From the NCBI RefSeq assembly GCF_000400465.1, contig NW_008806281.1, positions 90,001 to 122,000 on the forward strand: 32,000 bases of DNA. The letters are read 5' to 3'. A program made the translations under genes and the position numbers. The DNA is from Wallemia ichthyophaga EXF-994 (taxonomy: Eukaryota; Fungi; Basidiomycota). Below, one piece after another: positions 1 to 11,078 of this stretch. Numbering within the stretch: position 1 is the stretch's first letter; every line of letters begins with the position of its first letter. Below the pieces are notes generated by a model. The model had not been told where the DNA came from. It was given only the letters and a program-made list of their open reading frames with translations, and did no database searches.

Positions 1-404
1 TTCGGCAGTTGGCAGACGTCTGTTCAGTTCATTCATAATGGATGTAAAACCTGCAATTGAAACACCTGACTGCTATCCAAACACGAATTGTGGCAGTGGT
101 GGGTACACCTTAATTGATGCGCTTTCACTTGAGCCGTTGCTATTGTTAATTCCAGACAGACTTGGTCTGTTTACGAACCAAGGTTATGGCGATGGCGGTT
201 TATTGTCATTGCTGACTAGTTTAACGGTATCGTCAATGATTTTGAAGAAAGAGAATTGACACGACACGTCTGTAAGATGTTAAAATGTAAAATAGAAAAT
301 AACATGTATATAAATATCAATAAACAATAGATTTACTTAAAATAAAATAAAAATAAAAATAAAATGACAATCAATTAAGATACCTTTATCAAGTACATTC
401 ATCA

Positions 405-3400
405 ATGAATAATAATGAAATTGGTAGATTGCTTCAACAACAACAACAGCAGCAATTTAATCAATTAAATCCACAACAGAGGCAGCAGGTGGGTTATTTG
501 TTATATTAATTTAATTGCTCTGATTAGTGGATTTCCTTATAGGCGATGATTGCAACTCAAATGAGTAGAATGCAGCAGCAGCAGCAGCCCCAAGGACAAC
601 CTCAACAAACACAAAATCATCCTCAGGACCTTAACCAATCACCTTCCCTTGAACAAGCATTTCAATCAAACAACCTCCACTTCCTAATCGACGCTGCAAA
701 ATTAAATAAATTAAATAACGATAACCTTCAAAGATTACAGAGGCTTATTAGAAATTCTCAACTTGAGCATATTCAACGGGGCGGTGGACAGGGTGCCGGT
801 GGTGGCCAGCAAGTTAGACAGCAACCACAGCAACAGCCACAACAACAACAACCTCAACAACCCCAGCAACACCCTCAGCAACCACCACAACATCCGCACC
901 TAGTCCCCTCCCAAATAGCTGCCGCTAAGAACCTCCAACAGAAAATAGAAACCATCGATTTACAATTGAGAAATTCAAATTTATCCCCACAAGACCGAGA
1001 TAACGCTAGAAAGTCTTATGATGAAGCTAAAAATTTACAAGCTTTGTTTATTCAACAGCTTAGGAGTAATCAATCGACTAAACAATCAACCAATATGTTA
1101 CACTCTCAATCTCAGCCACAAGTTACAACCAACTACGATAACAACTGGGCTAATCAACACCAATTTCCCAGTCTCTCAAATAACTTTTCCGGCGATCATC
1201 ACTCAAACATCCTTGGTCTTGGTTTGGTTGGTACTTCAAATCCTCCACAGCAGCAACAACCTCCACAACAACCTCCACAACAACCTACACCCACTCACCA
1301 ACCTCCCACTCAACCCCGCCCAAACCTCTCCATGCTCCCTCAACTTCAACCCGAAAATTTTCTCAAAGCCCTTATCGATCTCATGAAGAAGCGTGGCACT
1401 CCTATTGAAAAACTACCTGAAGTTGATGGTAAAGGTATTGATTTACACAAACTCTACATGACTGTCATCCAATCTGGTGGCAGCTTGGAAGTTCATCGTC
1501 AATCAAAGTGGCCACTAGTTGGTGCAATCATCGGTTTACCAATGTCTAATCAATTCTCAGACTCTAATCCACGTATCTCTAACAACTCCTCCCAAGCTTT
1601 AGCAAACGTTTACAGAGAATACCTCGCTCCATTTGAACAAGTGTGGATGAAAGCTATTCATGATCAAGTCTCACAGAGAAGAGCCGCTGTCATGCATCAA
1701 CAACAATCACAACAACCACAACAATCACCTCTAACTAGACCAATGACTGGTTTCCCTCAACCAATTCCTCAACAATTCCCTCAACAATCTCAACCCCCCC
1801 AACCCCAACCTAATCAACCTCAACCTAATCCACCTCAGCCTAATCAGCCCATCCATCAACAACAACTAATGGCTTCTCTCTCATCAATGTCTGATGATCA
1901 GTTGAGAAATTTAAACTTGACTCCTGAGCAAATTTTTCAGCTTCGCAGAAAGATCCAACAACCACAAATGTCTACCACTGCGCCGTCTTTGGATGCCACC
2001 AGCTCTGTTACTAACCCTTCTAACCCTCCTTCTATCCAAAGCAACCCTTCATCTCAAGGTATCCCTCCTCCTATTCAAAACAACCCTTCATCTCAAGGTA
2101 TTCCTCCTCCAATGGCTAACAATTTGCCAATCATGATGCCTCCAAAAGAGAGACTATCACAGGCCTCTCAACTTGTTCAGTCCATTAAGCAGAGTATCAT
2201 GCAACAAAGACCTCCTGTTAACTCTCAACCCAATTTGAATCCTGCTGAACAACACCAAATCGCACAAACTTGCGCTGAAATTAAGCCTATGCTTATCTCT
2301 TTAGAAACTATCCTGCCAATTTTCTTGTGTTTGAACGATCCAATAGAACCAGGTAAAATTGAAGCTGTTAAGAAGATTTCTTTGATGGTATGCTGGTTTT
2401 GTGATATTTACACTTACTAACTATCAATGCAGACTGTTATGTATTACCAGCAAACTCTTATGCTTCCCCAGCGTCAATTTTGTTTCAATCTCGAGGACAT
2501 GACCAGGCTGCGGATTCAATTGGCTCGATGTAAGCGTTGTTTCAATGTCTCATTTGTTTTGATTAACCATCATTGCAGGCTTCATGTATGTTAAGAATCA
2601 GGTCAAGGACGTACAAGGAATACAAAGCATAGCACAAAATGCAGCACCGAGACCTGCTTCCCAGCCTCAAGCAGCACCTTCTCAACCACCGGACCAGTCT
2701 GCCATTTTCAACAATGCCATGAAGCAAGCGCAACAGCAACCCTCGCACTCTGCATCTCCAGCACAACCTTCACAAGTTGATCAGGTGGCTATGTTCAATA
2801 ATGCGCTCAAGCAAGCCCAACAGCAGCAGCAACAACAGCAACAGCAGCAACAGCAGCAACAACAACAGTTACAACAACAACAGCAACACCACCACCAGCA
2901 GTCACAAGTACCCTCTCCAGCTTTGATGAGTGGCGTACAGAGAAGCACTGACAATCTCAAAGCACCACCGCCATCCAAGCGCACAAAGACTTCTCCGCAG
3001 ATACAAAATACACCTATAGATCTTTCACCATCACCCATTCCTCCACCCGCACATTCAGGCCAGACGCCACCGAAATCTCCGTATTCTCAAAAAGCAGCTG
3101 CAGCGAGTGCCAGAGCGAGTGGTGGTCGTGGACGCGGTAGGCCACAAGCAAGACCACGGAATGCACAAAGAGGTGCAAATGGTACGACAAGCAACGACAA
3201 CACCCCAATCTCCATCGATATTGATTCACCAGCGCAAAACGTTGCGCCGTCTCTACCAAAGGCACCTACACCTGCACCATCACAACCAACGCAGCCACCT
3301 AAACCTACGGCGCTTGAAGATCCAGTCGCCTATTTGGAGAATGCACTCGCAGATTTCAAGCACAACTTGCCATCTTCAGCACCCCAACCTCAGCATATAA

Positions 3401-3876
3401 GTAACCCACAGATGTTCAACAGCCTAGATGAAGGTCATCCACTCAAACCATCACTGACGCTCGAAGATGTCCACTCGAAACCTGAGCCTGAGTTTATACT
3501 CTCGCCAGATGACAACATCCATGGCCATCTCCCACCTAACGAGGAGCTCGACTTTAGTCTATTGATTGATGAATCTTCATTCAATGATCAGGATCAGGAG
3601 CAGGATGAGGAAAGTGGTGAGAATGTAAGCTCGAAGAAGATGAACGTCGAGACGCCTGAACTCATCAATGGAATGAACCCTTCGCCTGAATCGGTCAACG
3701 ATGAACTCAAGTCGCCCAAGGATGCGTCGGCTAGCGGAAGGCAAAAGACGTCAAATAGCCAAACTTCCAACGCTGCTCAAGAATGGCTCGCTGGATCTGC
3801 GACTGACCAGTATGACGCAATGATTGATAACAACTTTGGCGCTAATTGGCTTCTTCAAGATGAGCAAATTAGTTAG
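405..3876 (+). CDS. ARID/BRIGHT-domain, polyQ-rich putative transcriptional/chromatin regulator (4 exons: 405-488, 543-2387, 2433-2529, 2579-3876)
   Basis: ORFs 546-2420 and 2584-3876 join in frame through GT-AG introns 489-542, 2388-2432 and 2530-2578. ARID-like segment at about 1354-1646 (FLKALIDLMKKRGTP...IDLHKLYMTVIQSGG...W...LANVYREYLAPFE). Q/P-rich low-complexity flanks and an AT-hook-like GRGRGRP at about 3124-3144. Confidence 0.8.
2037..2114 (+). repeat. 39-bp tandem duplication in coding sequence (QSNPSSQGIPPPI / QNNPSSQGIPPPM)
   Basis: Two near-identical units starting at 2037 and 2076 (core caacccttcatctcaaggtat[c/t]cctcctcc). Confidence 0.85.
2818..2901 (+). repeat. CAA/CAG trinucleotide polyglutamine tract
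   Basis: Mixed caa/cag run encoding a Q tract of more than 20 residues, interrupted by one Leu and followed by HHHQQ. Confidence 0.9.
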
Positions 3877-4098
3877 CAATATCTGGTAACACAGATATGG
3901 ATCATGGTTTTTATTCTTTTCACTCATCTCTCTCCCTCGCTATTGACACTATTTTCCATATTTTCATCACACTGCTCATCTCCACTATTTCGTTATCCCA
4001 GTCAGCCATTGTATTATTAATTGTTTCCATATACATGTTTTAGCCGCGACTACTTTGCCTTAGTTAATGTTTATGACAGTAAAGTCTAATGTCGCACT

Positions 4099-5617
4099 TT
4101 ATTCGCCATGGAATTCAGATTGGACAGCACTAGCAAAATCATCATCGCACAGAACCCTGAAAGCCGTTAGTGCGACACCTGTAGCCGCCTCGAGTGTTTT
4201 TCGATGGGCGATGGGTGTATCGGTGCACCTTGCGAACTCTGCGGTATGATTAGAAACGCCTTCCTGTGAATAAATTTCGTAAGCAGGGTGCAGACCGGGC
4301 ATAGCGTAAGTGACAGCGCCGAAATCTGTTGATGCGCCTCCAGGGACGTCCAAAGCGAGCTGGACATGCGTACCAAATCTGCGCATCAATGCGGCTGCGT
4401 ATTCAACGGCTGCAGAGAGTGTGTGAGTAAGGACAATCCGCAAGTGATCAAACCACGTACGCACCGAGAAGCCCATTATGACGAAGTTCAGGGTGAGGAG
4501 GGGTGGTATCATGCAAGACGAATTGGCATCCGGTAGCATCAGCAGCAGCTCTTAAGCACGCAACTACCCTCCTCTTCAGTTCCACCAGCTCAGCCAGGGT
4601 CGCGCTGCGCACGCCATACCTGAGGCACGAGTACGCAGGGATAACATTGGGCGAGTAGCCCGCGGTGTCGATGACACCGTGCACGCGCTCATACGGCTTG
4701 GTCTGCTGACGGAGAGCGTTTATGTTGGTGTATGCGAGGATGGCAGCGTCGAGTGCGTTTATGCCCTCGTGCGGTGCAAGCGCTGCGTGTGCAGCCTTGC
4801 CCAAGTACTCTGCACTGAACGAATCGATTGCCAACATGGGCGATATTAGATCAGTTTTGTACGGCGCACCTCCACCCGGATGGATCATCAGCATCGCATC
4901 TGCGCTTTTGTATGCACCGTGTCTCAACATTCTTATTTTGCCACCGCCCCGCTCTTCCGCTGGTGTACCTAGGAGGAGCACCCTCCCGGATACATCCATC
5001 TCTGCCATCGCTGCAGCCACACCCAAAGCTGCCGCTAATGCTCCCTCAGCTATCAGATCTGCCTGTGTTAGGCGGAAGATTAGGGCGTGAAATATTCAGC
5101 TACCCACTGTGTCCACATGCATGCCCTATGCCCGGCAAAGCCTGCCTATTCAGCATAAACCCCGGAATGACATCATACTCACATCCATCTCAGCGTTGAA
5201 TCCCACTGTGCGTCCACCTATTCCACGACTAAATGTAGCCTTCCACGCCGTTTCCATCCCGCAGATTCCTCTCTCCACTCGCCATCCCCTGCCCTGCATA
5301 AAGTGGGTGAGCGTATTCGCCGCGTAATGCTCTCTGAATGCCAGTTCGGGATTTTGGTGGATCGTCGAACCAAGCTCTCTCAGTACACTCTCTTCCATGT
5401 GCAACGTTCTTTCTATTACCCCCGCTGCCCTGTCTGCCACTGGCTCGAAATTGGCACGATCATATGATGGCAGGGTGTTGGTGTGTGAATCGGTTGCATC
5501 TACTTCCAAATAGGTTGGAAGGCATGACTCTTGCTGCTCCTGCTCTTCACAATCCCTTTGCTCTGCATTCCCTGGCTCCTCCTTGAATTGTTTGCGTTTC
5601 GATAAGCAATTCCACAT
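4099..5617 (-). CDS. Peptidase M20 family amidohydrolase, PM20D2/ACY1L2-like (exons 5617-5183, 5141-5108, 5058-4465, 4409-4099)
   Basis: Spliced product restores the family motifs IHQNPELAFREH, GFNAEMD-ALPGIGHACGHNLIA, LLGTPAEERGGGK, MIHP, GGASTDFG and NHTAEF. Introns of 41, 49 and 55 nt are all GT-AG. Confidence 0.9.
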
Positions 5618-5659
5618 GAAAGTTATTGGTTATTGGTTATATTATAATACACAACAAAA

Positions 5660-7429
5660 TCAACGCTGCTGCTTCATTTTATTCACCGCAAATTCATTCA
5701 ACGCCTTGATGATGCGAGCCAGCTGCTCTTTGCTGCTCAAGTCAGACCTCTGAATAACCTTAGCCAACAGCTCTTCTCGGACAGAACAACCGAGTGCTTC
5801 AAAAGTCTCTAGAACAAGTTTGATAGCATTGATGCGATTCTGCGCATTAATATCAGCCGACATGTACCTAACGCAGAGTTCCATAATCATTTTCTCATTC
5901 TTGCGCAAATTCTTGCGCCATATATCGCCATTATCGTGTATACTCCTTTTGCACCACGCTTGCTTGTACAGCTTGAGCATTCTACTCAGACCCACTCGTC
6001 CATTCCAATGAGGGGAGTGTTGATTCGTTTTCCAAAATAATCGCTGTAGGTGCTCGTATTCGTGTGTGTTGGCTTGTTGCATTACACCCGCATTCGCGAT
6101 ATCTATATACGCGCGCACGGCATAGCGGAACCCTATGTAAAAATTGCAGTAGATTGCTGTTTGGAAGATACTCATCGCTGATAGAAATACGCGTCGGCGT
6201 ATATTCCTAGCCCTAATCTGGGCTACGATTGGCTTAGATTCGGGCTGGAATGACATTGGTGTTCTTTTACTTTCATACAACTTAAGCAAACCCGTAAAAT
6301 GCATATGAGCCTGCTTAAATGCTACTTTGCGTTGATTATTCGTAAGTGATAGTCTAATTAAGTGATGTAGATTGCTAGTATTGGTATGTAGATGGGTGTT
6401 GTCCTCACTCATCTCAAGTCGTCTCATGACTTTTGCTCTATGCGTCTTGTAGTCTACAGATGAAGTTGTGCCTTTCAATTTAAAGGATTTGAGTAACGTG
6501 GATGATGATAACGATGCTGATGCTGATTTAGATCCTTTTTCTATATTCTCTACTATTGTTAATAATTTCTTGGTGTTTTCTATTGTGTCGCATTCTGCTA
6601 GTTGTCGCAAACGATCTGTTATTGCTGCTTTGTCTTGTCCCAACTGTAGGAAAGCGGAGGATATAAAACTAAGAAACTTCCTATCTAATTTGATGTAAGT
6701 TTGAGAGATTAGCGATAGTATGGCTGTGATATCGACTAGAACACTTTCCTTATCTGATGCAACAGATTTGTACTCATGTATTAGTGATCGTATGAGGTGT
6801 ATATGGGTACCATGAGTGCGATCAACATTGAGTAGTTGTTGTTCAGCTAACAAACTAGGGGTAGATTCGATATCGTAACGCTGAAGCAGCTCATAAACGC
6901 GTGAAATAGCATGTGGGTAGGGAGAATTAATGTTCTCGCTCCATTCCTCAGTATAACAACGAAGGCTGTGGTGTAAATGCTGAGCTAGCTTGTTAAGCTG
7001 TTCTAAATCTGTACCTTGACAATCAACTTTAGCCGCAACGACGGCAGAAATGATAGTTACGAGAGTCCTTGGAGCGTAGCAAATATTCCTCCCACCTTTG
7101 CTAACGTTTGGATGAATGGAATACTTAAAGAAACGCAAAGCAGCGCTAAAGTGTTTACGATTGAGTAATTCAACGACGGCTCGAACATAAGGATCATGAT
7201 TTGAATGTACGCACAAGTTACTAGGTAAAGTGTCTAAAAGAGAGCGTAATTGGGCATTTGTGGGTCTACTGCGAGTGTTTTTGAGTGAAAACTTGTGCGA
7301 TCTAGTGAGCTTGAATGGAGAAGGAGAAGGAGGAGGAGTTAGACTAGATTTTAGATTAGACGAAGTACTAGGAAAAGGCTTGAACGATTTGGATAATTGA
7401 ATTAAGCACTTTAGTGGGTGTATGACCAT
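5660..7429 (-). CDS. Hypothetical 589-aa protein, apparently intronless; basic Ser/Pro-rich N-terminus
   Basis: 1.77-kb stop-free ORF filling the space between two recognisable genes. I recognise no motif. Confidence 0.7.
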   Translation of the reverse strand: MVIHPLKCLIQLSKSFKPFPSTSSNLKSSLTPPPSPSPFKLTRSHKFSLKNTRSRPTNAQLRSLLDTLPSNLCVHSNHDPYVRAVVELLNRKHFSAALRFFKYSIHPNVSKGGRNICYAPRTLVTIISAVVAAKVDCQGTDLEQLNKLAQHLHHSLRCYTEEWSENINSPYPHAISRVYELLQRYDIESTPSLLAEQQLLNVDRTHGTHIHLIRSLIHEYKSVASDKESVLVDITAILSLISQTYIKLDRKFLSFISSAFLQLGQDKAAITDRLRQLAECDTIENTKKLLTIVENIEKGSKSASASLSSSTLLKSFKLKGTTSSVDYKTHRAKVMRRLEMSEDNTHLHTNTSNLHHLIRLSLTNNQRKVAFKQAHMHFTGLLKLYESKRTPMSFQPESKPIVAQIRARNIRRRVFLSAMSIFQTAIYCNFYIGFRYAVRAYIDIANAGVMQQANTHEYEHLQRLFWKTNQHSPHWNGRVGLSRMLKLYKQAWCKRSIHDNGDIWRKNLRKNEKMIMELCVRYMSADINAQNRINAIKLVLETFEALGCSVREELLAKVIQRSDLSSKEQLARIIKALNEFAVNKMKQQR

Positions 7430-7573
7430 CGTCGAGATAGCATCAATTGGTTAATAGAGGATATGAAATTACTAGTGACCTAGGCAATTAATTTAATAGT
7501 GATTTATAAAATTTAGACTATTAAAATCCAGCGATGTTTCCTTGTGATCCTTGGTGATTTACGTTAAAGAGAG

Positions 7574-9621
7574 ATGAAAATAACGGACAAGCTGTTGGCT
7601 GCAGAAAGGGAAGACAGGCTTTGGTGGAGTTTTGAATTCTTCCCGCCAGTGAGTTTTGTAGACTGGTTGCTTCTTGAAATTCTAATGAAATTTACAGAGA
7701 ACTGCTCAGGTTGGTTGATAGTCTAAGCTGGCTGGACATTTCAGCTAACATGTTCAATACAGGGAATGACAAATCTCGTTGATCGTATCGAAAGAATGAG
7801 ACGCTTGGGTCCTGAATTTATCGACATCACTTGGTTAGTGCACTACCAGCCAACGTATTCAACAAAGTCTAAACAATTTCAGGCACTCTGGCGGCAGAAC
7901 TGCTGAATTGACTACTGAACTCGTCAAGACTTGCCAGGCTTCAATCGGCGTTGAGACTTGCATGCATTTGACCTGTACTGGCATGCCTCGTGAAAAGGTC
8001 ATTAATGCTTTAGAGGTGCGCTTATAATAATATCCCTCTTCGTCTGCTTACATATATCCAAGGAAGCCAAGAAGAATGGCTGCACGAACGTCCTTGCTTT
8101 GCGTGGTGATCCTCCCAGAGGTCAGACTGAATGGTATCCTCACCCAAATGGCTTCACTTACGCGGTTGATTTGGTCAAGCACATCAAAAGTGTCTACGGT
8201 GACTACTTCGAAGTTGCCGTCGCTGGTTTCCCTGAAGGAAACCTCCAATACAAACACTCATCAGACAAAGCCCTTGAAATGCAATACTTAAAGGAAAAGG
8301 TCGAAGCAGGTGCTGATCTTATAATGACTCAAATGTTCTACGATGTTGATAACTTTATCGATTGGTGCAAACAAGTTCGCAAAGCTGGCATCACCGTCCC
8401 AATCGTTCCCGGCATCATGCCGATCCAAACTTGGAACGGTTTCCAAAAAGCTGTACAAATGGCTCAGGCTAACGTTCCTGAATCATGGATGCAACAACTC
8501 GAAGCAGTCAAAGAGGATGATGCATCAGTCAGAAAAGTTGGTACTAAGCTCGTTTCTCAAATGTGCAAACAGATACTAGACGCCAATATCGGTATCAGAG
8601 GGCTTCATTTATATACTATGAACCTTGAACGTGGCCCTAAAATGATTTTACAAGAGTTGAATCTCATCCCACAAACTCAAATACTCAATCCCCTTCCATG
8701 GAGACCATCACTCACGCCTATGAGACGCACAGAAAACATCAGACCAATATTTTGGGCGAATCGTCAGAAATCATACTTGTCGCGCACGGAAATGTGGGAT
8801 GAGTTTCCAAATGGTAGATGGGGTGACTCACGCTCTCCTGCATACGGTGAATTAGACGGTTGGGGTCCAACAATCAACCTTAAGGCTGAGGAAGCTCTTG
8901 AAATCTGGGGTGAACCATCAAAGTACGATGACATTTGCAGTTTATTCTCCCGTTTCTGCTTGAATGACTTAAAAGCTTTACCATGGTCTGATCAACCGCC
9001 AGCTCGTGAAACTAGCGTCATTGATAGACAACTCGCAAAAATGAATGATATAGGCTTCTTTACGATTAATTCTCAACCTGCAGTCAACGGTGCTCGCTCA
9101 GATGATAAAGTGCACGGTTGGGGTCCTAAAGGCGGATACGTATACCAAAAAGTTAGTTGAAATGACTACCCAATTACACTGCTGACAATCAATTCAAGGC
9201 TTATCTGGAGTTTTTTGTGTCTCCAGACAATCTAGACAAATTAATCAGTCGTATAGAATTGAATCCGATGATGACATATTACGCAGTCAATAAGCGCGGT
9301 GATTTGAGAACAAACACTCACTCAGAAGGCCCTAATGCAGTCACGTGGGGTGTCTTCCCTGGCAGTGAAATAGTCCAACCCACAATCGTCGAAGCAGTCA
9401 GTTTCATGGCATGGAAAGACGAAGCATATGAATTGGGCTATCAGTGGAGCGATATGTACAAGTACGGATCGGCAAGTCAACAAATCATCAGACAGATCAT
9501 GGACACGCATTTCCTGGTGAACGTCGTCCACAATGACTTCAAGAATGGTCAAGACATATTCAAACCTTTTATCAATGAATTCGATAAAAAGACAGTGCTT
9601 AACGATACCACAAAGAATTAG
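7574..9621 (+). CDS. MET13: Methylenetetrahydrofolate reductase (eukaryotic type, with C-terminal regulatory domain); exons 7574-7648, 7698-7709, 7763-7833, 7883-8015, 8063-9151, 9199-9621
   Basis: Motifs SFEFFPP-RT, PEFIDITW, ETCMHLTCT, NVLALRGDPP, TQMFYD, HLYTMNLE, WDEFPNGRWGDSRSPAYGE, TINSQP, AYLEFF and NAVTWGVFPG. MET13 versus MET12 orthology is inferred, not tested. Confidence 0.95.
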
Positions 9622-9703
9622 CACACTCAAGACACTCTCACACCTATAGAACTAATTTCACCTTGGTCTACAAAGGTTCAACCCCCTTTTTGACATAACA
9701 TTA

Positions 9704-9724
9704 GTAAAAAAGAAAAAAAAAAAA
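9704..9724 (+). repeat. Poly(dA) tract between convergent genes
   Basis: gtaaaaaagaaaaaaaaaaaaaccc-type A run in the 9622-9853 intergenic region. Confidence 0.7.
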
Positions 9725-9853
9725 CCCGGATCAAATCAGTACAAGTCGACATTTACCCCCAACATGTTTTAATAAGCAACATCTTTTCCATCTCAGAATC
9801 TCAATTGTACACAATTTGCATATTGCACTTCAACTTGCATAAACTACCCCTTG

Positions 9854-10799
9854 CTATCCTTTAATAAAAAGTTGCCATGTGCGCTCAAAGATGCTATCCA
9901 AAGTATTTTTGATTGCTTCGCTGAAAACGTCCTGAGTTATTGTCGACTTTGATCCAGATAGCGGGGCAAGAAGCACGAGAATGCTAATTTGCGATGAACG
10001 AGTTGGCTCGACGTTGAGTGCAGATATTGATAAAAGGGCGAAGAGCGATGAAATGCATTGACAATTTCCTGTGCGTTGTTCTGACGCGAAATTGTAAATC
10101 GGAGTAATAATCTCTTTAAAAATGGACATCGCGACACTATTATCTTGAGTGTTGAGGAGGTCGAGAACCATCTTGACGATTTTAATTTGAATACAGGCAG
10201 GAGATTGAGGATGTATCAACAACCATATCAAAGATCTAACGACTGTGGATGCAAAGAGACTCTCAAACCCAATTAGCTGACCTTTATTGTTGAGTGAATT
10301 GAGTTGGTGCAAAGTCTGCTGGCGTATGTTGCCAACCATATCGATCAGCATGATAATGATACGCGGTTGAATCTTATCATAGAGACAAGACATGAAAACA
10401 TTTTGAAGGGAATGATAAATGGATTTGGTGAGTGTAGTTTGTGACTCAAGGTTAAATGTATTGTGGCTGAGTAATTGTAGCTGTCTCATAAGTGCCCGTG
10501 TCGCGTCTGTTGAAGATTTCAGCGTGTATCAAACGAATGAGGTCATCTAACCAAATCCATATTGTGAGCTGTGCGGGTTGTGTGTGGTGTGTATTTCTAC
10601 ACTCTCATACTTCCCGTTGTCGATAAATCTCAATAAATCTAGCCTGGCTCTTGGATCGTCGAGTTGTGCAGCCAATTGATAAGGATAAGTACCACTGGAA
10701 ACAGCTTCAATAGACAACTTGAATAGCTCTACGCAGTCTAATGTGAGCGTAAGAGTCGCATTGCATAGTTCTACACCAGATTTCACCGGTAGTGGCCAT
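9854..10799 (-). CDS. Hypothetical 283-aa protein (exons 10799-10787, 10737-10552, 10506-9854)
   Basis: ORFs 10547-10786 and 9854-10489 join in frame via a 45-nt intron (10551-10507). A 49-nt intron (10786-10738) supplies an ATG (MATTD-CVELF...). Total 852 nt, a multiple of 3. No recognised motif. Confidence 0.55.
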
Positions 10800-10968
10800 A
10801 TCTCGGTGTGCTGTTGCAGCCACGACGATAGCCTGAGATGGTAAGAGATGTGAGATGAAATAGACCATCAAGACGCAATTCTAACCAGCGACAATCTCAA
10901 ATCATCAAATCTCATCGAATTTTGAGATGATGATGGTGCAAGGCTAACAGCGGTTGGAACTCGAGTAG

Positions 10969-10995
10969 AACGCGCAAATCCAATTAAACGCGAAA
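10969..10995 (+). promoter_or_regulatory. Two tandem AACGCG(C/A)AAA MCB/SCB-like motifs upstream of FEN1
   Basis: aacgcgcaaa at 10969 and aacgcgaaa at 10987, about 85-110 bp before the FEN1 ATG. These resemble MBF/SBF G1/S elements; function is inferred. Confidence 0.4.
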
Positions 10996-11078
10996 TAGAT
11001 ATATTGAAAGTAATTTCAAGGTAAATTCAACGCCCTTATCACGCCATCTACCCACTTCAATATCAACAATCAACACCT

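Noticed and set aside
1-259. Plus-strand frame open from the window start to 259 (ORF 38-259)
   Set aside because: No recognisable motif. It could be the tail of an upstream gene or a shadow, and cannot be resolved at the window edge.
335-365. AAAAT/AAAAAT repeats
   Set aside because: An ordinary AT-rich intergenic microsatellite with no mobile-element features.
2563-3265. Cys-rich and other antisense ORFs (e.g. 2781-3038, poly-Cys)
   Set aside because: They are reverse-complement shadows of the CAA/CAG polyQ tract. The same applies to most short overlapping ORFs in the track.
4099-5617. Apparently higher GC in the M20 gene, suggesting horizontal transfer
   Set aside because: It has three normal-sized spliceosomal introns, and PEX16 looks similarly GC-richer. 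The GC difference was judged by eye only.
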